From: an uncultured Trueperaceae bacterium
GTDB lineage: Bacteria; Deinococcota; Deinococci; Deinococcales; Trueperaceae
Direction: 5' to 3'
NCBI GenBank assembly: GCA_963727505.1
Contig: CAVSGP010000009.1
Location: 576,001-640,000 of the forward strand
Length of the DNA stretch: 64,000 bases
Shown here: positions 19,062 to 28,871 of the stretch, piece by piece
Layout of the letters: every line of letters starts with the position of its first letter
Numbering within the stretch: the stretch's first letter is position 1
The notes under the pieces: model-generated
Database searches by the model: none
Told to the model about the DNA's origin: nothing
Seen by the model: the letters and a program-made list of their open reading frames with translations, nothing else
Position numbers and translations under genes: made by a program

Positions 19062-20057
19062 CTACTGGACGGCTCCGACTTCCTTGTAGTAACGGAGGGC
19101 GCCGGGGTGGAAGGGGATGGTGGTCTGGCCCACCAGCTTGGCGGTGTTCGCCACTGTGGTGTCCTTCGACGGCTTGATCGCGTCGTGGAGGTCCTGGATG
19201 TGGGTGAAGACAGTCTTGGTGATGGAGTAGGCGACGTCGTCGGGCAGCGAGGCCGGGCAGGCGAAGCGGTTCCAGAAGGCCAGGGTCTGGGTGTCGGACG
19301 CCGAGCCGTAAGTCGCGGCCGGGATGGTGCCCATCACGCCGAGGCCGGGGAAGCGCTGCATGAAGGTCTTGACGGCGGTGCCTTCGGGGTTGAGCGAGAC
19401 CAGCGCGACCTTCTTGCCCTTGCGCTGCAGGGTCGTGGAGAGCTCGCTGATCGACCCGGTGGGGATGCCACCGGACCAGAAGTAGGCGTCGAGCGTGCCG
19501 TTGGCCAGGCCGTCGGCGGATTCGGCGGCGCCCAGGCGCGACCACTTGCTGAACGAGTCGGTCTTGACGCCTGCAGCGTCGAGGACCAGAAGGCTGGTGT
19601 ACTCGGTGCCGGAGCTGGGCGCGCCGGTGGAGACGCGCTTGCCCGCCAGATCGGCGAGGCTGGTGATGCCCGAGTCGGACGTGGTGACGATCTGCAGATA
19701 GTTCGGGTACGTCACCCAGAGGATGCGCGAAGGCGCCGGGTTGCCCTTGAACTTCTCGTGGGTGCCGTTGTAGGCGACCAGCGCCGAGTCGGGCAGCGAG
19801 AGCTCGCAGTAGTAGACGCCTCGGTTCGGATCGGTCTTGTCGCGCAGCAGCAGGTTGTTATCGATGGATGCTGCGGTCTGGATGGCGGTGGCACTGATGT
19901 CGGTGTACTTCGACAACATCTGGGCGACCTGCGTGCCGTAGTAGAAGTACACCCCCCCGGTACCACCGGTGCCGATGACGATCTGCACGCGCTGGGCGAG
20001 CGCCGTGCCGAAGAGAGCCGAGACTAGGATGGCGATCAGAATCCACGAGCGTTTCAC
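19062..20057 (-). CDS. TAXI-family TRAP solute-binding protein
   Basis: Signal peptide, IGTGGTGGVYFYYG, GKRVSTGAPSSGTE, IPFHPGALRYYKE. GTG start follows AAGGAGG. Confidence 0.93.
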   Translation of the reverse strand: MKRSWILIAILVSALFGTALAQRVQIVIGTGGTGGVYFYYGTQVAQMLSKYTDISATAIQTAASIDNNLLLRDKTDPNRGVYYCELSLPDSALVAYNGTHEKFKGNPAPSRILWVTYPNYLQIVTTSDSGITSLADLAGKRVSTGAPSSGTEYTSLLVLDAAGVKTDSFSKWSRLGAAESADGLANGTLDAYFWSGGIPTGSISELSTTLQRKGKKVALVSLNPEGTAVKTFMQRFPGLGVMGTIPAATYGSASDTQTLAFWNRFACPASLPDDVAYSITKTVFTHIQDLHDAIKPSKDTTVANTAKLVGQTTIPFHPGALRYYKEVGAVQ

Positions 20058-20468
20058 GCCGACCTCCTTGTGGAATGAACGTAGTGTCCGAGGACCACCA
20101 TACTGGCTACCGAGCGTGCTCGGCAGATGTGTATCCCTTGCACCGGGTACCACGGGTGCGGCGAGCTTCCGTGTGTGCGAGGGCGGTTGCCTCGCGTCGA
20201 GCGGGGGAAGCGAGCGGGCGGCGCGGTCGGCGGCGTCGTCGGCCGAAACGGCGTTCACGGATCGATCACGCATCGAGAAGGACGCCTCGACGAAGGCGAC
20301 CGATCATGACGCCGAACGCAACGATGGCTGTGGGCTTCAACGAGAGCAGCATCGACGACGCGGATGCCGGCATCACAACGGCCTACGTGAGCCTGTCCAC
20401 GACCGATCTAGGGCTCACGCTCGGCGCCGCCGACGTGGTCTGGCTCCCGGCCTCACCGCGCGTCAGTG

Positions 20469-21713
20469 TCAGGTGCCGCCGCCACCACGCCCGCCCCGCC
20501 CGGGCGTCGTGGCGGGACCGCCTCGGCCCGCGCCTCCCGAGGCGCCTCGCGTCTGGGGCGCTGCGCCGCGACTGCCGGTCGCGCCGGAACGCGACGGGGC
20601 GGAGCCGCCCTCCACCGACAGGCCGCCGGTAGTGATGAGCCGCTCGAACTCCTTCGGGTCCACGGCACGCGCGGCCCCGACCTCGAAGCTGATGAGCCGC
20701 TTGAGGTGGAGCTCGGCGAGGTTCGCGTCCATGGTCACCATACCGAGCGAGCCGCCCATCTGGATCTGCCCCGGGATCTGGTGGGTCTTGCCCTCACGGA
20801 TGAGGTTCCGGATGGCCGGCGTGGCGATCAGGAACTCGAACGCCAGCGCGCGGCCCTCGCCCGACGCCTTGGGGATGAGCTGCTGCGTCAGGATGGCCTG
20901 GAGGTTGTTGGCGAGCTGCACCCGTACCTGCGCCTGCTGGGCTTCGGGAAAGACGTCGATGATGCGGTCGATGGCCTCGGCCGCGGTGTTGGTGTGCAGC
21001 GTACCGAGCACCAGGTGGCCGGTCTCGGCGGCGGTGACCGCCGCCCCGATGGTCTCGAAGTCACGCATCTCGCCGACGAGGATGACGTCCGGTGCCTGGC
21101 GCAGCACGCTACGGAGCGCGGCGTGGAAGTCCTTGGTGTCCTCGCCGATCTCGCGCTGGTTGACGATCGAGCTCTTGTGCTGGTGGAAGAACTCGATGGG
21201 GTCCTCGACCGTAACGATGTGCTTCTGGTACTCCTCGTTGATGAGGTCGATCATGGTGGCGAGCGTCGTGGACTTGCCCGAACCTGTGGGGCCGGTGACG
21301 AGCACCAGGCCGCGGGGGAGACGTGCCGTCTCGGCGACCTCGTTGGGCAGCCCCAGCTCTGAGAAGCTCAGCACCTCTTCGGCGATGGTCCGCATCACGC
21401 CGCCCACCGACCCGCGTTGCTGGAAGACGTTGACGCGGAAGCGCCCGTGCCCCGAGAGGCTGAAGGAGAAGTCCAGGTCCTTGCGCTCCTCGTAATTGCG
21501 CTGCTTCTTCTCGTCCATCAGCGCGTACATCAAGCGCCGGGTGAGGTTCGGGGTGAGAGGGTCGTATTCGGTCGGACGCCACTCCCCGTCCAGCCGGAGC
21601 ATCGGCGGCAGCCCCACTGTGATGAGGAGGTCAGACGCTCGGCGCTCGATCGCCATCTTCAACAGGTCGACGATGTCGGCCTGGATCTGGGTGGAACGGA
21701 TCTGGTCACTCAT
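20469..21713 (-). CDS. pilT: Type IV pilus retraction ATPase
   Basis: GPTGSGKSTT, EDPIEF, LRQAPDVILVGEMRD, GTLHT, AIRNLIRE. Confidence 0.95.
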   Translation of the reverse strand: MSDQIRSTQIQADIVDLLKMAIERRASDLLITVGLPPMLRLDGEWRPTEYDPLTPNLTRRLMYALMDEKKQRNYEERKDLDFSFSLSGHGRFRVNVFQQRGSVGGVMRTIAEEVLSFSELGLPNEVAETARLPRGLVLVTGPTGSGKSTTLATMIDLINEEYQKHIVTVEDPIEFFHQHKSSIVNQREIGEDTKDFHAALRSVLRQAPDVILVGEMRDFETIGAAVTAAETGHLVLGTLHTNTAAEAIDRIIDVFPEAQQAQVRVQLANNLQAILTQQLIPKASGEGRALAFEFLIATPAIRNLIREGKTHQIPGQIQMGGSLGMVTMDANLAELHLKRLISFEVGAARAVDPKEFERLITTGGLSVEGGSAPSRSGATGSRGAAPQTRGASGGAGRGGPATTPGRGGRGGGGT

Positions 21714-21746
21714 GGGCGTCCTTCCCTATGGGGCCGGACCGGCGGA

Positions 21747-24410
21747 CTATTCCGCTGTCCTGGCCAGGACCTCTTCGAGCGTGGTGATGCCTTGGAAGGC
21801 CTTGTGGATACCGTCCTGCCGGAGCGTGTGCATCCCGTTCTTGATGGCGATGTCGCGGATCTCGAAGGCGGACGCCTCCCTCACGACGGCCCTCTCGATG
21901 TCGTCATCGACGACGAGTAGCTCATGGATGGCGAAGCGCCCGTTGTAGCCGCTGCCGCCACACTTCTCGCAGCCCACCCCGCGGTGGAGCTTGCGCCCTT
22001 CCGTCTCCTCTTCGGTCATGCCGAGTCGCCGCAGCACGTCGGGGTCCGGCGTGTACTCCACGCGGCATTCCTTGCACACCTTGCGCACCAGCCGCTGGGC
22101 CAGCACGCCGATGAGCGAGGCAGAGACGTTGAAGGGCTCGATCCCCATCTCTGTGAGGCGGATGACCGCGCCGGCGGCGTCGTTGGTGTGGAGCGTGGCG
22201 ATCAACAGGTGACCGGTGAGGGCCGCCTCCATGGAGATCTTGGCGGTCTCGTGGTCTCGGATCTCGCCGACCATGATGATGTCCGGGTCCTGGCGCAGGA
22301 ACGCTCGGAGCGCCCGGGCGAAGTCGAGCCCCGCCTTCATGTTCACTTGCGTCTGGTTGATGCCAGGGATCTCGTACTCGACCGGGTCCTCGATGGTGGT
22401 GACGTTCACCTCTGGCGTTGCGATGCGCTTGAGGACGCTGAAGGTGGTGAACGACTTGCCCGAGCCGGTGGGCCCGGTGATGAGGAACATGCCGTAGGGC
22501 TTCTGGATGATGTCCTTGAATCCCTGGAAGTTGTACTCGGCGAAGCCGAGTTGCTCGATCTCGGGGATGTCGGTGGCGCGCTTCAGGAGGCGCATCACGG
22601 CCTTCTCGCCGTAGACCGTGGGCAGCGTCGAGAGGCGCAAGTCGACCTCGGTGGACTTGTCGCGGAAACGGACGCGACCGTCCTGCGGCATGCGCCGCTC
22701 GGCGATGTTGAGCCCGCCCATGATCTTGATGCGCGCCGCCATGGCGCTGGCCGTCGACTTCGGCATGGTCATGTACTCGCGCAAGCTGCCATCCTTGCGG
22801 ACACGCACCACCACATTGGTCGGACGAGGCTCGATGTGGATGTCGGAGATGTCGCTGAGGATCGATTCCCGGATGATGTTGTTGACGACCTTGACCAGCG
22901 CGTTGTCGTCGATGGCGCTGGTGTCCTCTTCCTTTTCGCTCGAGGCGGTGCCGACTTCCTCGACCAACGCCCTGGCCAGCTCGTCCATATCGCCGCCGTC
23001 GTGGTAGAAGCGGTTGAGTGTGCGCGACAGGGTGTCCTCGGTGGCGACCGCGGGCTGGATCTCCTTGCCGGTGATGAGGCGGATGTCGTCCAACGCGAAC
23101 ACGTGGCGCGGGTCCTTCATCGCGACGACCAACGTGTTGCCCTCGATACGGATCGGCATCGCCTGGTAGCGGCGGGCCGTTTGCTCCGGGACCAGGCTCA
23201 CGGCGAAGGGGTCCACCTTCACGCCGTCATCGATGAACTCGTAGCCGAGCTGCATCGCGAGGCTGCGCGCCAGCATCTCCGGGCTGATCTTGCCCGACTG
23301 CACCAGCGTGTCCTCGAGCCGGCCACCGCCCGCGCGCTGCTTGTTGAGGGCCTCGTCGACGTCGGCCTGGGTGACGTAGCCCAGATCGACCAGGATCTCG
23401 CCCAGCGGCTTCACGCGTCCCAGCTTCGCTTGCTCCTCGAGCGCCTTGCGGAGCTGCTCGCGCTTGAGCTTCTTGTTCATCAGGAGCGTCTCGCCCAGGC
23501 GCCCCTTGTCGTCGGCGTACATGACGTCGATGCGCTTCATGACCTCGCGCTCGGGCGCTGCCACGAAGGTGACCGGTCGTTGCACGATGGCCTCGATGTC
23601 GGGCATGCGGCGCGGGTCGGAGATGGCGATGACAAGCTTGTCCTCGTTCATCGCATAGGGCACCGCGCTGAACTGCACCGCGTCGAGCCTAAGAAGATTC
23701 GATGCCAGACGCTCGTTGACCGCCTCGGCGTCCAGCGTAGGCTGGAACGGGATCCCCATCTGCTCTGCCAGGAGTTGCGCCAGCCGATCCTCGTCGAGCG
23801 CGCCCTGCTTGATCAGGATGCGGCCCAGCAGGCCCCCGGTGCGGTGCTGCTCCTCCACCGCACCCTTGAGCTGCTCGTCGGTGATGAACCCCTTCTCCAC
23901 GGCGAGTGACCCCAGCCGTTGGCTGATGTCGACCTCGAAGTCGGGCGGGGGTTCCAGACCCAGCTCCGGGTAGTACGTGGAGATCGCCCACTGGAGCTCC
24001 TTCTGGAGCGCCTGATAGGGCTCGACCAGACAGCCCGAGGCATCCTCGACCTCCTCGATCGCGAGGGCGTCGAGCGGATCCTCGAAGGCCACCCGAAGGC
24101 GGTTGCCGTCGATAGCGAAGGGCATCGCGCCGACCTCGAAGGCGAGGTCCGCCGCGATCTTGCTCAGTGCGTCGGGCATGACGTCGACGCGGGGGAGGAC
24201 GACGAGCGGGATGCCGATAGACTCCTCGATGGCCCGCGCGATGCGCTGCTCCGAGATGACACCGATGTGCACGAGGATGTCGGCGAGCCTCCCGCCCACC
24301 TCGGCGTGCCGGCTGATCGCCTGCTGCAGCGACTCGTCGTTGACGTAGCCCCGCTCCAGCAACACCGCGCCCAGGCGCTTGTCACCGATGGACAGGACGG
24401 CCACGCTCAC
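21747..24410 (-). CDS. pilB: Type IV pilus assembly ATPase with three N-terminal GSPII/MshEN domains (PilF-like)
   Basis: Repeated RLGxxLLxxG motifs, GPTGSGKS, LRQDPDIIMVGEIRD, CKEC...CEKC zinc motif; 887 aa. Confidence 0.94.
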   Translation of the reverse strand: MSVAVLSIGDKRLGAVLLERGYVNDESLQQAISRHAEVGGRLADILVHIGVISEQRIARAIEESIGIPLVVLPRVDVMPDALSKIAADLAFEVGAMPFAIDGNRLRVAFEDPLDALAIEEVEDASGCLVEPYQALQKELQWAISTYYPELGLEPPPDFEVDISQRLGSLAVEKGFITDEQLKGAVEEQHRTGGLLGRILIKQGALDEDRLAQLLAEQMGIPFQPTLDAEAVNERLASNLLRLDAVQFSAVPYAMNEDKLVIAISDPRRMPDIEAIVQRPVTFVAAPEREVMKRIDVMYADDKGRLGETLLMNKKLKREQLRKALEEQAKLGRVKPLGEILVDLGYVTQADVDEALNKQRAGGGRLEDTLVQSGKISPEMLARSLAMQLGYEFIDDGVKVDPFAVSLVPEQTARRYQAMPIRIEGNTLVVAMKDPRHVFALDDIRLITGKEIQPAVATEDTLSRTLNRFYHDGGDMDELARALVEEVGTASSEKEEDTSAIDDNALVKVVNNIIRESILSDISDIHIEPRPTNVVVRVRKDGSLREYMTMPKSTASAMAARIKIMGGLNIAERRMPQDGRVRFRDKSTEVDLRLSTLPTVYGEKAVMRLLKRATDIPEIEQLGFAEYNFQGFKDIIQKPYGMFLITGPTGSGKSFTTFSVLKRIATPEVNVTTIEDPVEYEIPGINQTQVNMKAGLDFARALRAFLRQDPDIIMVGEIRDHETAKISMEAALTGHLLIATLHTNDAAGAVIRLTEMGIEPFNVSASLIGVLAQRLVRKVCKECRVEYTPDPDVLRRLGMTEEETEGRKLHRGVGCEKCGGSGYNGRFAIHELLVVDDDIERAVVREASAFEIRDIAIKNGMHTLRQDGIHKAFQGITTLEEVLARTAE

Positions 24411-24882
24411 CTCCTCGTAGGATCATTCTTTCAATATGGCGCACCATCCGAGTATGAGGTAGCTTACCCGGCGACAGCGGTTGCACCAGGATCGATCGCA
24501 TCCCGGCGAGGTTGGCGCCCAGCACATCGGTGAACAGCTGGTCTCCTACCATGGCCGTGGCGGACGCCGGCGTCCCGAGACGCCGTAGGGCTCGCGCGAA
24601 AGCGCGGGCGAAGGGTTTGCCCGAGAGCGCCATGGCGTCGACTCCCAGGCGCGCCGCGACCGCCGCCACGCGTCGACGCTCGCCGTTGGAGAGGATCAGC
24701 ACAGGGAAGCCCGCCCGCTTCAGACCCGTGAGCCAGGCCTCGACGCTCGGATCGAGTGCATCGTCGGCCGCGGCCAGCAACGTGTCGTCGAGATCCACCA
24801 CGACCCCCTTGACGCCGAGGCTCATGAGCAGCTCTGCGTCGACCTGGTGGACGCTCGCCACCATGAGGTCGGGTCGCAACAT
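24382..24882 (-). CDS. YqeG-family HAD IIIA phosphatase
   Basis: VVDLDDTL, ILSN, GKP, MVGDQLFTDVLGAN. Leaderless start after TGcTACACT. Confidence 0.9.
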   Translation of the reverse strand: MLRPDLMVASVHQVDAELLMSLGVKGVVVDLDDTLLAAADDALDPSVEAWLTGLKRAGFPVLILSNGERRRVAAVAARLGVDAMALSGKPFARAFARALRRLGTPASATAMVGDQLFTDVLGANLAGMRSILVQPLSPGKLPHTRMVRHIERMILRGGERGRPVHR

Positions 24883-25040
24883 TGGCGAAGTGTAGCATGC
24901 CGACAGCCGCCCGCGAGCGGAAGTATTCACGACGGGGCCGCAACTTCCGGGCATTTGCCCGGCGGCCGGTGATTGGCGGGTGGAGCGGTCGGCACGCTGG
25001 CGTGTAAACCGCATCGCGCCGAATTCTATGGGGTGCCCCC

Positions 25041-25928
25041 TTACGGGGTTCTTACGTGCAACGCCTCCCGCAGGAGGGGTCCGAAGGCCTCGGGGTCGTC
25101 GACCCAGGGATAGTGACCGGCGTCGAGAAGGCTCGTCAGGGCGCGGGGGAGACGCTCGAGGGCGGCTTCGGCCTGGCCGGGGTAGGCGGTGGCGTCGCGT
25201 GTGCCCAAGAGCACCACCGTCGGGAGGCGAAGAGCAGCCAGCTCCTCGAGGGCGTCCAAGCGCCACACTCCCTCCGGCTCGGCGGCCTCGTTCGGCCCGA
25301 AAAGAGCGGTCGCGTCGCTGTGCTCGAGCTTGAGCCGGCTCGAAGGCGATGGGAACTGCATCTGGTCGAACAGACTCTTGGCGTTCACCCAGCCGAAGGC
25401 CTGATCGACGAGCAGACCGGGATCGAGCGTCTCCGGATCGGCGAGGGCGCTCTCGGGCGGAATCGCCTCATCGGGATGGCCTGCCTCGTGGGCCGCTCGA
25501 CGCTGCAGGTCGCGCGCCAGCATCGGCATCGACAGCCAGGGGTTCACCATCACGAGACGTTCGAAACGCTGCGGCGTGCGGCTGGCCGCGCGCACCGCCA
25601 CCTGCGCGCCGAAGCCGTGCGCCAGGAGGGTGGCGGAGCCGATCTCGAGCGCGTCGAGCACCGCCCGGACGTCGTCCGCCAGCAGATCGAGGTCGAAGGG
25701 CGACGCGCTGTAGCTGCGGCCGGCCCCCCGCTGATCGGCGTAGAGGACCTGGAAGTCCTCCAACTCGTCGCCGGCCAGGTCGCGGAACGAGAAGCTGTTG
25801 TAGCCCGGGCCGCCGTGAAGGTAGTACACGGCGGGCGCGTCCGCCCGACCGACCTGTTCGACGTAGAGATCGGCGTCGGCACGCTCGATGTTCAGGGGGC
25901 GATCGAGGGAGGGTGTGTCGTCGGTCAT
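25041..25928 (-). CDS. Alpha/beta-hydrolase fold protein (proline iminopeptidase-related)
   Basis: YLHGGPG, DQRGAGRS, AGHYPW. The nucleophile elbow reads AHGFG, with no Ser. Confidence 0.85.
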   Translation of the reverse strand: MTDDTPSLDRPLNIERADADLYVEQVGRADAPAVYYLHGGPGYNSFSFRDLAGDELEDFQVLYADQRGAGRSYSASPFDLDLLADDVRAVLDALEIGSATLLAHGFGAQVAVRAASRTPQRFERLVMVNPWLSMPMLARDLQRRAAHEAGHPDEAIPPESALADPETLDPGLLVDQAFGWVNAKSLFDQMQFPSPSSRLKLEHSDATALFGPNEAAEPEGVWRLDALEELAALRLPTVVLLGTRDATAYPGQAEAALERLPRALTSLLDAGHYPWVDDPEAFGPLLREALHVRTP

Positions 25929-26155
25929 GCGCCCACGCTCGCGAAGGTCCATACCCTACAACCGTCTGGCGCGCCCAGTTCGGGGAGCCGGTCCGCATCG
26001 GCCACCAGCAGGTAGAGCCCCTCCTGGTCGCGACTGGCCAGCAGTCGGGTGCGGACGCCGTGGCGCTGCAGGCGCGCAGCCAGGTCATCGAGGCGCGCCT
26101 GAGCGGCGACGCCTGCGAGCTCGTAGAAACGGGTCTGCTGGGGGCCGGAAGACAT
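25925..26155 (-). CDS. Small hypothetical protein
   Basis: 76 aa, MSSGPQQTRFYELAG. Leaderless start 6 nt after TACACT; ATGA overlap with the hydrolase. Confidence 0.65.
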   Translation of the reverse strand: MSSGPQQTRFYELAGVAAQARLDDLAARLQRHGVRTRLLASRDQEGLYLLVADADRLPELGAPDGCRVWTFASVGA

Positions 26156-26373
26156 GCCTCCAGTGTAGGGGAGGCGGGCGCGGGGCGGCGTAGGCCGGTG
26201 CGGGCCGCGCTCTGCGGGAACCCCGAATGTGCGTTGGCTCGCTTCCGGGCGGCCGGACCCGCGTGCTAGCATGGACCATGCAAGGCTGATGAGGCGGCGC
26301 GGAGACCCTGGTCCCGCGGCGCCTTCGCTTTGCGGCCCGTCTGGTACCGCCAGAGCCCTCCGGAGGTGGCGTC

Positions 26374-26820
26374 ATGGACGAGCGTGGATACGTTCCCGGT
26401 CGAGCGCAGCGCATCCCCAGGCCGCGCTCTGCACACCACCCCCCGAAGAAGCGGACCCTATCGGACCTGCGGCCACTCGTGAAGCAGGGCCTGTACCGGA
26501 TCGGGAATCACGCTGCCAAGCACGCGACCTGCGAGGGTTTCACGGAGACCGACATCGTGCAGACGGTGCTCTACGGCCGCGAGCTGATGCGTTACTGGCA
26601 GGACGAGCGGCTGCTGGTGCTGGGCTACCTGCCCGTCAGCGCCGCGGTGAAGATCCCCCTGCACGTCGTGGTGGAGTACAGCGCCCAGCGCTGGGTCGAT
26701 GTCGTGACCGCGTTCATCCCGCACGACGCCCACCGGGTGCCGTCGCGAGCACGTCTGGCCGAGGCCCTGCGTTACGACCGGGACGAGCCCGAGAGCCGGC
26801 TGGTGGGGCCGGGCCGGTAG
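26374..26820 (+). CDS. DUF4258-like protein
   Basis: YRIGNHA ... RLLVLG ... PLHVVV ... VVTAFIP pattern; GGAGGT SD. Confidence 0.7.
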   Translation: MDERGYVPGRAQRIPRPRSAHHPPKKRTLSDLRPLVKQGLYRIGNHAAKHATCEGFTETDIVQTVLYGRELMRYWQDERLLVLGYLPVSAAVKIPLHVVVEYSAQRWVDVVTAFIPHDAHRVPSRARLAEALRYDRDEPESRLVGPGR

Positions 26821-26836
26821 CGGCCCGGCCCCACGA

Positions 26837-27505
26837 TCACGGATCCTTCGAGGGCGTCAACCCTAGCGTGAACATGTAGCTGGTGGTGCCGTTGCGCCCG
26901 TCGTAGCGGCGGACCAGCTCGACCAGGTCTCGCTGCAGTTGTTTGGCGTCGCCATGATCCAGCCGCAGAGGGAGGTTGGCCATCAAGACGGCCGGGGCGT
27001 CGTCGTGCAGCAGCCGCTGGGTCAGCGGTTCCTCGTCGGCGGTCTGATCCGACGGGCCGATCGACACGCGCTGCTCGGCATCGAGCTCGAGCCGCCACCC
27101 CCAGCGGTGGAGCTGGAGCTCGCGGTCGGCGAGCGCATGCACCAGCCCGGCGATCAGGCGCTTCTGCGGGCTGTGCAGGAGGCTCGCCACCGACTCCTCG
27201 AGATCGGCCTGCGGGAGCGTCGCGAACGGGATGAAGAAGGCGTCGGGGGCGCGGTAGTAACGTACCGGGCGCCCCGCGCGCTTCTGCTCGTGGGTCAGCT
27301 CCAGGAGTCGCAGCTGCCGCATGCGCTTCACGCGGTAGGCCATGTCCTTGACGCTCACGCCGACCTCGGAGGCTGCCTCGCTGGTGCTGCGCTCGCCCCG
27401 CATGAACGGGTGCAGGAAGCGCACGCGATCGGCGTCGAGGAGGAACGCAGCCGCGGGCTCGTCGTCGACTACGGTGGCAGGGCTAGTCGACTCGGACGGT
27501 TCCAT
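26837..27505 (-). CDS. Winged-helix (ArsR-like) transcriptional regulator
   Basis: FLHPFM..ERSTSEAASEVGVSVKDMAYRVKRM..RAGRPVRYYRA; divergent from an MFS gene. Confidence 0.78.
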   Translation of the reverse strand: MEPSESTSPATVVDDEPAAAFLLDADRVRFLHPFMRGERSTSEAASEVGVSVKDMAYRVKRMRQLRLLELTHEQKRAGRPVRYYRAPDAFFIPFATLPQADLEESVASLLHSPQKRLIAGLVHALADRELQLHRWGWRLELDAEQRVSIGPSDQTADEEPLTQRLLHDDAPAVLMANLPLRLDHGDAKQLQRDLVELVRRYDGRNGTTSYMFTLGLTPSKDP

Positions 27506-27535
27506 GTCGACTAGGGTAGCTCCTACCTTGGCGTC

Positions 27536-28771
27536 ATGAACGCGAACCCTTCCCCCCCTGCGGCCCAGCCGCTCGCCGTCCGCAACTTCCGTCTGCTGTG
27601 GCTGGGAGAGAGCGTCTCTTTGCTCGGAGACCAGTTCTACCTCATCGGCCTGCCATGGCTCACCCTCCGGCTCGGGGGTGACGGCCTCGCCCTGGGCACG
27701 GTGCTGATGGCGGCGGCGGTGCCACGCGCGTTGTTCATGCTGCTCGGCGGCGCCGTGAGCGACCGGCTCTCTCCCCGTCGGGTGATGCTGGCATCCAACC
27801 TGCTGCGCGCCATGGCGGTCGGCTTGCTCACGGCGCTGGCGGCCGCCGGCGCACTGCAACTCGCACACGTCTACCTGCTGGCCGTGGTGTTCGGGACCGT
27901 CGACGCCTTCTACCACCCGTCACTGATGGCGATGGTGCCTTCCCTCGTGGCGCGCGAGCGACTGGAGAGCGCCAACGCCCTGGTGCAGGGCAGCGAGCAG
28001 CTCGCGATGCTGCTCGGCCCCGCCCTCGCCGGCGTGGTGATCGCCGCGGCGGGCCTCACGCCCGCTTTCGGGATCGACACGCTCACCTTCCTGTTCACGC
28101 TCACCACGCTGCTGGCGATGCGCGTCCCGGCGGCGACCCGGGCGAGCGACGAGGCGAACGTGCTGCAGCAGATCGGGAGCGGGCTGCGCTATGCCTTCCG
28201 GACCCCATCCATGCGGGTCATGCTCATCTCGGTCGCCTTCCTGAACCTGGCCATCACCGGGCCGGCCGGCGTGGGGCTGCCGCTGCTGGCCGACCAGCGC
28301 TTCGGCGGTGCGGCCGCATTCGGCGTGATGATGTCGGTGTTCGGCGGCAGCACGCTTATCGGCGCCCTGCTGGCCGGCAGTGCACTCCGGCGCGTTCCTC
28401 TCGCTCGACTGATGGTGGGGGCGCCGCTGCTCTTCGCGGCTGCCCTCGGCGCCGTGGGCGTGGCCGATCGCCTACCGCTCGTGCTGGCGGCGCTCGCGGT
28501 GATGGGGCTGGGCGCCGGCGCGCTCAACGTGCGGGCCATCGCCTGGCTGCAGGGCCGCACGGACGCCGCCTTCCGTGGGCGCGTCATGAGCCTGGTGATG
28601 TTCGCCTCGGTCGGCCTGGCGCCCCTCTCTCTGGCAGGAGCCGGCGTGCTGGTGGGCCAGGGGTTCGTCCTGCTCTTCTCCAGCGCCGCCGCACTGATGG
28701 TCCTGGTCACGCTCCTGGTGGTGACCACCCGGGGCCTGCGCGGCCTCGACACGGCGCCCGCTGCGGCCTGA
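27536..28771 (+). CDS. MFS efflux-type transporter
   Basis: RNFRLLWLGESVSLLGD, GGAVSDRLSPRR, FRGRVMS. Confidence 0.9.
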   Translation: MNANPSPPAAQPLAVRNFRLLWLGESVSLLGDQFYLIGLPWLTLRLGGDGLALGTVLMAAAVPRALFMLLGGAVSDRLSPRRVMLASNLLRAMAVGLLTALAAAGALQLAHVYLLAVVFGTVDAFYHPSLMAMVPSLVARERLESANALVQGSEQLAMLLGPALAGVVIAAAGLTPAFGIDTLTFLFTLTTLLAMRVPAATRASDEANVLQQIGSGLRYAFRTPSMRVMLISVAFLNLAITGPAGVGLPLLADQRFGGAAAFGVMMSVFGGSTLIGALLAGSALRRVPLARLMVGAPLLFAAALGAVGVADRLPLVLAALAVMGLGAGALNVRAIAWLQGRTDAAFRGRVMSLVMFASVGLAPLSLAGAGVLVGQGFVLLFSSAAALMVLVTLLVVTTRGLRGLDTAPAAA

Positions 28772-28812
28772 GGGGTCGCTCCGGCGCGCGCCCCGCGCCC
28801 TCGACCCCACAC

Positions 28813-28864
28813 GCGCCCCGCGCCTGCCGCCCGTCCCTCGATAGCGGGCAGCAGGCGCGGGGCG
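28813..28864. terminator. GC-rich hairpin between convergent genes
   Basis: Inverted repeat gcgccccgcgcctgc ... gcaggcgcggggcgc; no U-tract. Confidence 0.5.
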
Positions 28865-28871
28865 CTGCGGA

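Noticed and set aside
21924..23909. 661-aa plus-strand ORF
   Set aside because: Antisense shadow of pilB; long stop-free reverse frames are expected in high-GC DNA.
24895..25040. c-di-GMP riboswitch upstream of yqeG-pilB
   Set aside because: GGCAAA is present, but the rest of the class I consensus is not, and yqeG appears leaderless.
26374..26820. DUF4258 gene as part of a toxin-antitoxin pair
   Set aside because: No co-oriented zinc-finger or HTH partner; the neighbouring regulator is convergent and paired with the MFS gene.
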